A stretch of 63,436 nucleotides of DNA, counting the filler, from Basidiobolus ranarum (lineage: Eukaryota), in the NCBI GenBank assembly GCA_040143965.1. It is 46 parts of 46 records of this genome, joined end to end, with 100 filler letters (N's around TTAATTAATTAA, not from the genome) between each part and the next. Parts side by side here need not be neighbours in the genome. Positions count along the whole stretch, not along the records: positions 35,975 to 37,254 come from JASJQH010012585.1; positions 37,355 to 38,634 come from JASJQH010012586.1; positions 38,735 to 40,014 come from JASJQH010012587.1; positions 40,115 to 41,394 come from JASJQH010012588.1; positions 41,495 to 42,773 come from JASJQH010012589.1; positions 42,874 to 44,152 come from JASJQH010012590.1; positions 44,253 to 45,531 come from JASJQH010012591.1; positions 45,632 to 46,910 come from JASJQH010012592.1; 38 more parts are not named here. One strand, 5' to 3'. Below, piece after piece: positions 36,030-48,388 of this stretch (position 1 is the stretch's first letter; every line of letters begins with the position of its first letter). Below the pieces are notes generated by a model that saw nothing but the letters and a program-made list of their open reading frames with translations, searched no databases and was not told the DNA's origin. A program made the translations under genes and the position numbers.

Positions 36030-36401
36030 CAAACCACCACCACTCCCAGTGTTGTACAAGTCGAAACACATGTTTACCATCCTCAAAATGAATTATATGA
36101 ATTCTGCAAGAAGAATGGTATTCACATCACTGCCTACAGCCCACTCGGTTCTGGCTGTGAACCCAAGCTAATGGATGATCCTGTCATCAAAGAGATCGCA
36201 AAGAAAACCAACCATGCCGAAGCTCAAGTATTACTCAGTTGGTTGTTAACTAGGGATATTTCTGTCATTCCCAAATCGGTTACTGAAAGCCGTATCCAGT
36301 CAAACTTTGATCTTTTCGAACTATCTAAAGAAGATACTGAAAAGATCAATAACATACAAACAAGAAAACGTATCGTTGATCCTGAATGGATGAAGTGGTA
36401 A
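36030..36401 (+). CDS. Aldo-keto reductase, C-terminal part (start uncertain)
   Basis: PSVVQVETHVYHPQ...GIHITAYSPLGS...AQVLLSW...VIPKSVTESRIQSN. Confidence 0.93.
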   Translation, partial: QTTTTPSVVQVETHVYHPQNELYEFCKKNGIHITAYSPLGSGCEPKLMDDPVIKEIAKKTNHAEAQVLLSWLLTRDISVIPKSVTESRIQSNFDLFELSKEDTEKINNIQTRKRIVDPEWMKW

Positions 36402-37025
36402 ATCTATTTACTGTACAGCGGAATTATTTGAATAAACGTGTGCATTTCATGTATACACATGGGTCGTTGTAATTTATCTCCGGGGCGTAATTTCGTAATT
36501 CGTGTGTGAAATATGACATTGTTGAAGCGTGACGTTGTGGTAAACATAGAGTAGTCATCAGTCAAATTTGTACCATGAGCCGTCAAACATGTAAGCATAT
36601 ATTATTGTAGATGGTTATTATTATATTATCAATGAGCATGACTTCACCACCATCATCATGCAATGTTTCATGTTAATAATTCGCTGATAGCCGAGCAACG
36701 AACTGGTATTCACATTAAGTGTGACACCGTTTACCACTTAGACAACTTAAGCGGTACAATATAATATTTAGTCATTTGATTTAAAAAACCGTTTATTTTT
36801 GGTCGACTGGGATAAAATCACTGCGAAAGAAAAATAAAATACAAATACATTATAAAAGAACAAGCAAATTCGGTAACTCGAACATTTAGGATAGCGAGAA
36901 ATTTGCTGGCTTAATGAATACTGAATTCAACTAAAATAGATCAAGCGATCGTAGTAATGCAGACAAATCCTTTCCTGCTGAAAGTTAGCAGTTTACCTAA
37001 TATATAATACAATTACAAAGGCCTC

Positions 37026-37254
37026 TTAGGGTGGCCATAAGGAACGATTGTTCAAAGAAGGAGAGGAACTCCAATCTTTGTGCAATTCCTTCACGTTGGG
37101 TTCAAGCAATTCATGAGAAAGCTTGATTAAGGTCGGGATGTCTATGACTTGTTTATCACATTTGGAAATCTTTTGGTGCCAAAGGTTGACAATGCTGACC
37201 TTGAGGCCAAAGCTGAAAATCCATAAGAGGATCCACATAGTTGCTGTAGCATTG
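37026..37254 (-). CDS. Possible C-terminus of an unknown protein, convergent with the AKR gene
   Basis: Frame is open from the contig edge with a hydrophobic segment; CpG retained; no motif recognised. Confidence 0.35.
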
Positions 37255-37354
37255 NNNNNNNNNNNNNNNNNNNNNNNNNNNNNNNNNNNNNNNNNNNNTT
37301 AATTAATTAANNNNNNNNNNNNNNNNNNNNNNNNNNNNNNNNNNNNNNNNNNNN

Positions 37355-37826
37355 CATAATCAAAGCAACCATATATATATTAGACATCACTTCATCAGAG
37401 AGACTATAGAGAATAAGTTTATTGACTTAACTTATTGTTCTACAGAAGACATGATTGCTGATATATTAACCAAACCATTAGCTAGACAGAAAATTGAGAA
37501 ATCTAGACCTTTATTAGTATTAATTTATATGACTATTTAGTTGAGGGAGAGTGTTGAAATTAGCATTGCCTAAGTGCCTATATAGTCATATATAGCTTAG
37601 TACTGTTGAAATTAGCTTTGCCTAAACACCTATATGATCATATATGGCTTAATACTAAGTTGTCTTAAAATTCCCCAAGATATTATCCATTATTCTCAAT
37701 TAGAATTTACTTAGAATATTGTTACCAACTTAGAAGTTCTCAGATATATGGATATTTCAAACTTGTGCTAGAAGACCCAAACTGTGCACACATGTTCCTG
37801 GGACCTTCCTTAAGACATTCTACATG
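37355..37826 (+). mobile_element. Copia family 2 RNase H end, PPT and LTR (37552) with a second LTR start at 37604
   Basis: HFIRE...EDMIADILTKPL; GAGGGAGAG; TGTTGAAATTAGC occurs twice. Confidence 0.88.
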
Positions 37827-38634
37827 ATCAGGTTCATCTGAGCCAATTGAGGAAAACTATAGACTAGGCATTACTCAGAAGGCTCTTGACTTATTTCATG
37901 TGGCATATCCCAGGTTTTAGCACAAATGGCAAATGGGCTAGTATAGACCTATTCATGAAATGTTGAAAAATGTAGGCAATTGTTAGCTTGGATAAGAAAG
38001 AAAACAAGCTAACAATGTAGTCTAGGAGCAGGATATCAGTAGGCCCAAGCAAAAAGCATAGGAACCAATGATTGTTGGCTCTACTGTCCCCACAAATACC
38101 TGTATTTCTTGAGTCAGATATACCTGCAAATACAATGTCAGAAAGGCTTGATTTCACTATCAAACCAAGAACACCAGTCTCTTACAGAAAATTGAGGATT
38201 GTTATTGTGGGAAAACTGTCACAATTTTAATCCATTTAGGATTGACCATCTGCTTTCCATCAAAAAATCATCAAGTTAGATTTGATTTCAATCAATTTTT
38301 TCAGTTTCAGGAGTGAAATTTCAAGATCTTGCAAAATAGTTGCACATGATTGGCTACAATTTCAGAGAACTATGGATCAACACATGTGCAAAAAATGTAA
38401 CTCAAATTTTACACATTTACCACTTGAATGCTAATCTGTCATCTTTGAAATTCCTAGTTTCTTTGATATATTCTCTTGAATATTTTTATAGAGTTCTTCA
38501 TACCCAAGGCTTAGCTCATATCCAACACAAGTTTGCATCAATATCTCCATCAAATCCCACCATTGTATTAATGTCGCTGAATCAACATTCTTGCAGCAAG
38601 CTGATGGATACCCTGCAATATTGCACCACTCAGT
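37827..38634. mobile_element. CACTA-like ORF2 fragment (+), then terminus B (~38179) and ORF2 (-)
   Basis: Similar to 46650-46910 and to the reverse of 8650-9105. Confidence 0.8.
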
Positions 38635-38734
38635 NNNNNNNNNNNNNNNNNNNNNNNNNNNNNNNNNNNNNNNNNNNNTTAATTAATTAANNNNNNNNNN
38701 NNNNNNNNNNNNNNNNNNNNNNNNNNNNNNNNNN

Positions 38735-40014
38735 TATGATGTTTCAACACTATTGCCCAAGCCAAGTTGATGATTGTTGCCAAGGTGATATTGTGTTTAG
38801 CCGTAAATTCTGTGAAATCAACATGAATCTGCGCTGTAATGACATTATCTGCCTTCGCTTTCTGAGATAGAATTTCAGGCTTTGATATGCAGGTCTTTGT
38901 GACGCCATCAAGAATATTAGACCAGTAAGCAATTGATTCAGCTCTGCTAAGTTTCACGTTGTAGCTGATGAACTGAGAGTAGGATGGCTTCGGGTGAATC
39001 ACTTGTCCTTGATAAGCTGTCGCCAGATCATTGAACAATAGGTCCATTGACCACCCATCATACAATGCGTGATGAATGGTCCATATGAAATGGGATATTC
39101 CGTTTACACCTTGAAGCACAGTAAATCTCGTGAGTAATTTTCCAGCTTCAATTCCGCGATTCCGATCGGCCTCTAATACCTCCTGAAGTGCTTGATCAAC
39201 TACTTGGCCATTAGCAACATTGACCTCCTGCCAGTCAATACTCTCTTTTCCCAGAACTACTTGAAGCCCATTCAGATGCGAATGGCCAGAGTTAGCGAAC
39301 ACAATTGTGGTACGAAGAATAGGATTAGCCTCAACAACGGACACCCAGGCGGCCTTAAGTCGGACAATATCCAGGCTATTACTACATGAATAAACTTGCT
39401 GTGTCAAATAATCTGACTTTTCTCTCAGACCGATAGCAAACAAGGCTTCTTGTAGTGGTGCGCATGGGTACACGTCTTCAATATTTGTGGAAGAAATAAT
39501 ACTTTTCTGGATTTCTCTGTACAATAACGTTTCTACCTCGTCTTGACTAAGTCGAAGTAGCGAATAGCGCTCAATCTCTTCTATATCTGATTGTACATCC
39601 TCTGTAGTACTGAATTGTTTTGCTAGCTCTGCAATAGTGGGAAAATCAAATACCTGTTGGACAGTAATATTATAGCCATCTTCGCGAGCAGCAGCCACTA
39701 ACTTGATCGCCACAATAGAATCTCCACCCACACTGAAAAATGAATCGGTTCTTCCTATAAATTCCGGTGCTAGTCCCAAGACTGATACCCATAGACTTAG
39801 CCATGCTTTTTCAGTATCTGAGAAATGTGAGAGACTGCGATCGCCGCCACGCTTTCCGAATCTGTACAGATCATCCATACCCATATTCTCCACCAATTTA
39901 AGTAGCGACTTGCGATCAGTCTTACCACTGACATTAGTTGGCATCCGAGTTAGTGGAATGAACGCACTCGGCATCATATATGGCGGTAATCGTGATGAAA
40001 TATGGCCACGAATT
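38735..40014 (-). CDS. NRPS internal fragment: end of A domain, T domain, C domain (fungal type; both ends partial)
   Basis: LPPYMMPS, SGKTDRK (A10), FFSVGGDSI (phosphopantetheine Ser), IEDVYPCAPLQE, HHALYDGWS. One open frame. Confidence 0.96.
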
Positions 40015-40114
40015 NNNNNNNNNNNNNNNNNNNNNNNNNNNNNNNNNNNNNNNNNNNNTTAATTAATTAANNNNNNNNNNNNNNNNNNNNNNNNNNNNNN
40101 NNNNNNNNNNNNNN

Positions 40115-40222
40115 GACATAGTAAGAGGCGGCTTGCTTAGCATTGCCAACCCAGAAGGTAACATGGTCGAAGCCACGGTAGGTGGTAGGTTGTTGAGCGC
40201 CTTTGAATTCGTAGGAGGTCAT
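40115..40222 (-). CDS. HPD: 4-hydroxyphenylpyruvate dioxygenase, N-terminus, copy 1 (3' partial)
   Basis: MTSYEFKGAQQPTTYRGFDHVTFWVGNAKQAASYYV; TATA-like box ~45 nt upstream. Confidence 0.92.
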
Positions 40223-41293
40223 TGTTGAATGAGTATGAGTTGTCAGCAATTGGAATCGGATTGTATATTTATAATAACTTCCTGGAATAAATGTTCACAC
40301 GAACTTGAGACATTCTGGTCATTTTGAATTTGTATTTTCCAATCATATTGATTGTACCACAACACTGATTCAATCTCACCATTAGCCAGTTTGAAAATTG
40401 ATCTTCGTATCTCATTCGCTTGATCGATTTCGGATATAATGGAATTTTAGTATAGAAACCTCCACATCATTTCTGCCAAATATGTGGGGCACAAGCAAGG
40501 TACCCTTTTTACTTCAAACTTTCTCACTCAGCAAAGAGTGATTATTTTTCTCACATTGGCAGAGTAACGTACAGAATAACGTCATCTGATCCTTCCATAA
40601 TTACTTCCATAGTTTGTACAAGGAATTACCAATGACACTACAGACCCTAACATAAATCGGCATTCCATCGCTTCCGATTTTCCAATTAAGTAAGAGACAT
40701 AGATATGCCACGCTCAAGGGCAAACAGTTTCTATCCGATTAGATTGACATAACGATAGCGAGAAGAGTGCCAAACGAGTAGGATGATGTGTACTCTCATC
40801 GAACATCAAGCGTCTTGAATGACTTTCTTTACACCTGCTCCTAGTGAGGTAAAGAAAGCTGGTAATGTTACTTAGGGTTCGACCAACATTGTTTTTGACG
40901 AGAAACCATGTAAATTGGCTGGTATTTTTTTCAAACTCCACATTTGAGTGGGGCCCAAAAAAATATCCCTATTAAAGCGGTGTTTTCCCACACCTTGAAC
41001 GCAATGAAAAGTCCGCTGATTGGACATTGAATAAATCCATGGGTGGTCTCATGATCATGGTTGTGATTAGTCTAAAAGAAAAGTTGGTAGAATTAGCTGT
41101 CTCACGAGGGAAACAAATTAGATGAATAAGATGATGATGTAGGAACTATATTCGGGCCTCAATTTTAAAGGGCATAGGCGGGTAATTTAATATAGGATCA
41201 GTATAAATGCTTCAATCGTTGGAGAGCACCAGGAAACTATAAAAAAGGATGGTGTTGAAACTTCAACAATTATAATTCTAAATCTGCAATCTA

Positions 41294-41394
41294 ATGACTT
41301 CCTACGAATTCAAAGGCGCTCAACAACCTACCACCTACCGTGGCTTCGACCATGTTACCTTCTGGGTTGGCAATGCTAAGCAAGCCGCCTCTTA
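41294..41394 (+). CDS. HPD: 4-hydroxyphenylpyruvate dioxygenase, N-terminus, copy 2 (3' partial)
   Basis: Same peptide as copy 1, with one synonymous difference in 101 nt; TATAAAA at ~41238. Confidence 0.92.
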
Positions 41395-41494
41395 NNNNNN
41401 NNNNNNNNNNNNNNNNNNNNNNNNNNNNNNNNNNNNNNTTAATTAATTAANNNNNNNNNNNNNNNNNNNNNNNNNNNNNNNNNNNNNNNNNNNN

Positions 41495-42773
41495 CTCTTT
41501 GTTATTGGCAAACATTAGTCCACCCATAACATTTACTATAGAGGAAGCAGCTTTGATTGTTGAGGAGTGGAGAGTTCAATCCAATCTTAGCAACCAGGTG
41601 TATATTGGTTTTCTTACACTTTTACCACACTTGATTGGCAACTGTTGCTTGCCACAGACTAGTAACAGAAATTTAAGGATTGTGATTGTAGGAAAACTGT
41701 CACCATTTTAGTCCATTTGGGATTGACTGTTTACTTACCATCATAAGATTGTCAAGTTAGATTTTATTTTAATCAATTTTTTCATTTTCAGGAGTGATAT
41801 TTCCAGATCTTGCAAAATAGTTGTGCATGATTGCTACAATCTCAGATAACTATCAATCAGCACATGTGTAAAAAACATGACTCAAATTTTACACAATTAC
41901 CACTTGAATGCTAATTTGTTACCTTCAAAATCCCTAGTCTCTTTGATGTATTCTCCTGAATTTTTTATAGAGTTCTTCATACCCAGTGTTTAGCTCATAC
42001 CTAACACAAGTTTGTATCAATATCTCCATCAAAGCCCACCATTGTATTAATGTTGCTGAATCAACATGCTTTCAGCTATCTGGCAAATACCCTGCAATAT
42101 TGTGCCACTCTGTAGTAAGTTCTTCCCAGATATCTACACAGTCAACACCATACTGAATGTAGAGTTGAATGTTCTTTTTCTGAGCCACTTTCTGCATACT
42201 TGCGCTTCATTTTTCCCTTAATACTTGTGAAAATACTCCTCAAGCACTTTGACTATTTTTGTATGTCCTTGTAGTGTGACACTACTGAGGGTGCTTTGTG
42301 GTGTTTTTGCAGCTTTTTGCTTGCCTTTAACTTTGGGGCTAATTTCAACACTTTGAAGAGTACTAGTTGAGGTTGAAGAGCCATGAGTTTTACATGCTGG
42401 TGTTTTGGCTTGTTGAGAGGTGCTAGCTGTTAGATAAACTTTCAAATTTAGCACTCTTCCAATTGGTGTAACTGGTTCCATGGTGAAATTAAGCTTTTTT
42501 GCCAGTATATCTGACTCTGGAAATGCAGATCTTTGTAATGGTGTGAAGAATTTGGTAAGTGGGACAGTAGGGCCTAAACTCACTGGCTCCTTTGCTTTTC
42601 CCTTGGATTTACTAACTTCCTGCTCCTTGAGCACTTATTTAGCTGCTTTTCTTTCTTTTCCAAGTCAATAATTGCTTACATTTTTGAGATGTTTCATGAG
42701 TAGGCCTATACTAGCACAATTGCCATTTGCTTGCAAAACACCAGGACAAGCCACATGAAATAAGTTAAGATCC
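41495..42773. mobile_element. CACTA-like transposase N-terminus (+), then terminus B (~41660) and the ORF2 3' part (-)
   Basis: EEWRVQSNLSNQV.IGFLTLLP; ORF 42218-42634 and its continuation. Confidence 0.87.
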
Positions 42774-43401
42774 NNNNNNNNNNNNNNNNNNNNNNNNNNN
42801 NNNNNNNNNNNNNNNNNTTAATTAATTAANNNNNNNNNNNNNNNNNNNNNNNNNNNNNNNNNNNNNNNNNNNNTACGAAAGAATTTATGCTGAATAGATG
42901 TTGATTTAATGGTTTATTCCCTATTTTGGAAGGGGTCATCCTCATCGATATAATGGTATTGCAGTATGTAACAGATGAAAAGTCAAGAGAAAAAAATTAC
43001 TTCCGTCTCATGGTCAAGCTCACCGAAATTTTAGTATAACAAATGAAGTGGCAATATTTCAAAGAAAAGCATACAGTTCTCTGTTGACACAGAAAGGTTA
43101 ATGCAGAAGCTGACAAAATCCAAAGAGCGGCTGTACAAATCAGAGGAAGACGGAGGAATAAATAACTTAGCAAATCTGACACGCTCACTGGCTCTATAAT
43201 GATCAACATGGTAGAGTTCAGAAAGCGAGATAGAGATACCATGTAGCTACTAGTGACTTAGACCCATAAGATGTGGTGGAAATCGTGATTTAATCTAAGA
43301 CACGTAGCGAACACCAGGTTCGAGAACACTTTGAATATAGAATATGGACTATCTAGAATAAAGACAAGAGATAACGAAATTGTCGTGCTTTGCTGCAAAA
43401 A

Positions 43402-44100
43402 TTAGTTACAGGTGGTTAGCCCAGCTTTTGGTAAATCCTCAACGAGTGAGTTTAGACCACCCGACTGAATAAACAAAGGTGAAGGTGAGGAAGATGTATT
43501 GCACATCATCTTCGCTAAGTCTAAATCAAGATTGAAATCCAACTTCTCATTTTCTCCGTTGTCTTCCTCCTCGCTAGCATAATCATAAAGGTCATAAATA
43601 GACATGCGATACATGTCCTCTTGAGTCTTACTTGTAAGGAACTGAAGCAGAGACTCGGCATCATGAGAAAGAGATAACTCACAGTCGGGCAGAAGCTCAT
43701 TCTCTGGAGCCGCACTAAGATTTCCAATGGTATCTACCTCTGGGCGCTGTTGACGAGACTACTCATTGAGTGTAGCTAAAGTGAGCGCGCTGACTTGATC
43801 TTTGGCAGAAGCCATTCCAGCAGGCGGGGGGTTCAGAATTTCTCGAGCGAGCTGTGTTCCAGCAGACATCTTTAGAGAGATGGAATCATTGCTCTTCACC
43901 CTTGAAGGCTTTTGATGGCGTGAACTAGGATCCTTGATTCTTTCGGCGAAAGAGAGTTCCTTAGCAGGATTCTCAATGGCAAAAGCTTGAACGTTGGAGC
44001 TAGCCATGATAAGAGCTCCTAGGGGAATTCAAAAAGACTCGGCAAAAGGATCAGATGGTGGCAGATCAAAAGCATCATATTAGTAGCTTCGGCAACTAAG
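43402..44100 (-). pseudogene. Disrupted ORF of unknown family
   Basis: ORFs 43759-44007 and 43402-43614 are one frame split by a single TAG, with another in-frame TGA upstream. Acidic, low-complexity product. Confidence 0.45.
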
Positions 44101-44252
44101 CTTGCGATTTGACGCAATCTGTTCATCTGGAGAGTAAAATCAACAGATGGAGNNNNNNNNNNNNNNNNNNNNNNNNNNNNNNNNNNNNNNNNNNNNTTAA
44201 TTAATTAANNNNNNNNNNNNNNNNNNNNNNNNNNNNNNNNNNNNNNNNNNNN

Positions 44253-45531
44253 ATTCTATGACTGTAAAAGTGAAGATAACTATGAAAGAATCTGTACTGC
44301 AATCTTCAATAGTCAAGCCTAGTTGAGTTGCAATAGGAATCTTTATTATCTTACTATGATACATGGTAGAGTATCTAGTTAAGGAAAGGATAAAGAATAT
44401 GGTGTAGTTTTGGATGGTGCTAAGGCTAGAAAATTTTTCCATAGGGGGAAGGGTTGCTTATATAAAGAAACAGCTTAGAATAAATGCTGTGAATTGGTGG
44501 CTTAGCATCAAGGTGCTAATAAGATTACTAATAAAGCAGCTGTGGCTTTGGAACTTTGAACACAGTAGCATGAAATACTGTCGCAGCTCTGTGCAAAATT
44601 TGAAGAGAATCCACTAGCTGGTTCAAAAGTAAGCACTAATATTGTGAGCATCTTGAGATCCTGAATTCCTGTGTTCTGAATATATGCTAGTGTTGATTTT
44701 TGTGTTGGCAATTTTGAAATAGTTGTAGCTCCACCAATATTTGATCAAATCTTATGATTTTTGCATGGTTGCAAAGCTCTAATTACGGAGTTTTGGATTG
44801 CAGCTTGAATTGTTGTAAAAAGAAAAGTATTGATGTGACTATGAGCGATTGAATATTCTTGTTCTTTTTCTTGATCTGTAAAATATCATAAGATAGCAAT
44901 AGATAATATTCTTCCTGCTTATTATGTGCAAGATATGATTGGAATATTTCCAGCACTACAATGTGATAAGGCATCAGGCTTTCCTTGCGGGCTATCTGGT
45001 CAATATGTAATCACAGAATCAAAACTGGCAAGAAATAATGACCATCTTGCTTGACAATGGTTGAGAACTTTGGTTGTACTAAAATACTGAAGATTCTTGT
45101 GATCACAATAAACTGTGATTTTGTGAATTGCTCCATCCAAGTATTGTTGCCATTGTTCAAATGCAGCAATAATTGCTAAAAGTTTCTTATCATAGATGTC
45201 ATAGTTGATTTCTGTGGCAGAGAACTTTCTTGAATAAGAGGCAACAGGGTGCAGTAAGTTGTCATCATCAAACTATTATAATACTGCTCCTACAGCAAAG
45301 TCAGGTGCATCTATTTTACCAATAAATGGCTTGTCTAGCTTGGGATGTGCCAGGATTGGTGCTGAGGTAGAAGCACTCTTTACAGTTACAGATGCTTGTT
45401 GGCAAGATGGATTCCAGTCAAATGGCAGTTCTTTCCTTGTAAGGCTTGTTAATGGAGCGGATATTTTGGAGTAGTTCTTGATGAATCATTGGTAAAAGTT
45501 TGCAAATGCAAGTAAAGATTGGACATACTTC
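44253..45531 (-). mobile_element. Ty3/gypsy RT-connection and RNase H, decayed
   Basis: FANFY..FIKNYSKISAPLT.LT; D..DFAVGAVL; HPVASYSRKF...EINYDIYDK.LLAII; DHKNLQYF; QARW; PDALS. Confidence 0.93.
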
Positions 45532-45631
45532 NNNNNNNNNNNNNNNNNNNNNNNNNNNNNNNNNNNNNNNNNNNNTTAATTAATTAANNNNNNNNNNNNN
45601 NNNNNNNNNNNNNNNNNNNNNNNNNNNNNNN

Positions 45632-46910
45632 TGGTATTTTAGGTATAGCCCATCATTATTATAAGCTGATTCTGAGACCTTGTCACAGATGAGTCATCAG
45701 GGAATTTACAAGATATTTCTGGTAATGGATGACAATTTTGATTGATTATAAGCTGTTTCTAAGCAATTTCATTACACCAAGTTTACCATATGAAAATTTC
45801 AGTGCCATTCAAAAAGCATTCAAAATCTAAGTCAAAATTGGCTTCCAAGCCAAAGCCTGCTGGCATGAAAGAAAAAAAGTAAGCAAGAACAGAGGACTTA
45901 ATTGATGAGCAATCTAGTGATCAACTATCCACTTGGGATGGCATTAACATGCCAGAAACTAACTCAGGTAATGATGAAGCATTAATCAATTTACCAGATG
46001 TGTTCCTTTTCAGCAATAGTGCAAGTAAAGAGATTGTAATCCCCAACTATGTAGTAAAGCAATAGTTGAGCAAAGTTCAACCAAAACACTTTCAAGACCA
46101 TCAACTTCCACAATGGCTACTTTGCCCACTATTCAACACCCCTCTGTAGAAAATTTAGATAGATTTATTACAACAAGGGAATTGCAGGCAGAACACCATA
46201 ATGATTTGTAACCAATCATAAGTAAAAACTATGAAGTTGCTATACAGGCCATGACAAGCAATAATGCTGCAATATTGCAATTAATGCAGTGTTAAGAAGC
46301 AACTAGTCAAAATTTAAAGAGTCACTCAACAACAATACAAGACCTTCAGAAAGCTGTACTTGAGCTACAGCAACATGATGCTCCCTCCATCCATTCTCAT
46401 ATGAGATTTCAATCCATCCCACACCATACATATGAACATCACCATGATAATCTAGCAGAGCAGAATATGTGTTAGACCATTAAGCCTACACAACAAACCA
46501 AAATTGCATGGGCACATGAAAGTAGAAATCTCATAGGAAAACCAGCAAACCAAAATACTCTGAATGCCAGAGCTGCAGTCACTTGTCTGATGATGAGTGT
46601 TTTAACATTTTGAAAACTGTGCAGAATCCTGCCTGAAATCACCTGGATTTGAGCCAATTGTGGAAAAACCAAAAACCTGGCACTACTCTGAAGGTTCTTG
46701 ACTTATTTTGTGTGGCTTATCTTGGGTTTTTGCAAGCAAATGGCAATTGGGCTAGTATAGGCCTATTCATGAAACATCTAAAAAATGTATGCAATTATTG
46801 ACTTGGAAAAGAAAGAAAAGCAGCTAAAGAAGTACTGAAGGAGCAGGAAGTTAGCAAACCCAAGGGAAAAGCAAAGGAGCCAGTGAGTTTAGGCTCTACT
46901 GTCCCACTTA
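45632..46910 (+). mobile_element. CACTA-like element upstream region and ORF2 5' part, decayed
   Basis: Collinear with the reverse of 31832-32500, 22157-22557 and 42560-42773. Confidence 0.85.
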
Positions 46911-47010
46911 NNNNNNNNNNNNNNNNNNNNNNNNNNNNNNNNNNNNNNNNNNNNTTAATTAATTAANNNNNNNNNNNNNNNNNNNNNNNNNNNNNNNNNN
47001 NNNNNNNNNN

Positions 47011-48288
47011 TGGTTTTTGGTTCTTCCACATTTGGCTTAAATCCAGGTGATATCAGGCAAGATTCCACAAAGTTTCCAAAATGTTAAATCACCCATCATC
47101 AGAGCAAGTGATGGCAGTGCTGACATTTAGAGTTTTTTGGTTTGCCAGTTTTCCTATGAGATCTCTACTTTCATGTGCCCAAGCAATTTGGGGTTGTTGT
47201 GTAGGCTTAATGGTCCAACACATATTCTGCTCCACTAGATTGTCATAGTGACATTCATATATATAGTGTGGGATTGATTGAAGTCCCTTATGAGAATGGA
47301 TGGAGGGAGCAGCATGTTGCTATAGCTCAAGTACAGCATTCTGAAGGTCTTTTATCATTGTTGAGTGACTCTCTAACTGTTGACTAGTTGCTTCCAAACA
47401 CTGCATTAATTGCAATATTGTGGCATTATTGCTTGTCATGGCCTGTATAGTAACTTTGTAGTGTATATTTATGATAGCATATGAATCATTATGTATTCTG
47501 CCTGTGATTCCCTTATTGAAATAATTCAATCCAAATTTCCTATGGAAGGTTGTTCAATAGTGGGCAAAGTAGCCATTTTGGAAGTTGATGGTGTTTTGGT
47601 TGAACCTTACTCAACTATTGATTTACTATGTAATTGGGGGGATTTCAATCTCTTCACTTGCACTATTACTGGAAAGGAACTCATCTGGTAAGTTCATTAG
47701 ATTTTGTTATGGACTCATTGTTATTAGCAAACAATAATCCACTCATAACACTTACTGTAAAGGAGGCAGCTTTGATTATTGAGGAGTGGAGAGTTCAATC
47801 CAATCTTAGCAACCAAGTGTTTATTGGTTTTCTTACACTTTTACCACAGTTGATTGGCAACTGTTGCTTACCACAGACCTGGTTCAAGTGGAGAACACTT
47901 GTCAATTGTATGACTTATAATCCTTCAGTAATTATACTACCTTCATGTCCAAATGGTTATTTGGCTTTCACCGGTGATCTGAAGAACCTGAAGTCATGTA
48001 CTGTTTACACACAATTGGCAATCACTGAATCAGGTAAATATTGCTCATATTTGGCTTATATATTGTTGATTCCCTATCTTAAAGTTTTGATGAAATCACC
48101 CAAATATAGATTATTGATCCAATACCAATATACTCACTCTAAAGCTGATGATATTACCAATATACTTGATGGATATCACTATCAGAATCTGGAAAGTCAA
48201 GGTTTCTTTGAGAACACATATGATCATGCATTTGCATTGGCTCTGGATGGTTTCTCACTAAACAAATATACTATTGGAAAGGCTTGCT
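47011..48288. mobile_element. CACTA-like: ORF2 (-) joined at ~47690 to the transposase N-terminus (+)
   Basis: ORF 47634-48288 carries LPSCPNG.LAFTG...FALALDGFSLNK. Confidence 0.88.
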
Positions 48289-48388
48289 NNNNNNNNNNNN
48301 NNNNNNNNNNNNNNNNNNNNNNNNNNNNNNNNTTAATTAATTAANNNNNNNNNNNNNNNNNNNNNNNNNNNNNNNNNNNNNNNNNNNN

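Noticed and set aside
35975-41394. AKR, NRPS and HPPD as a biosynthetic gene cluster
   Set aside because: They lie on separate contigs that are adjacent only because of similar length.
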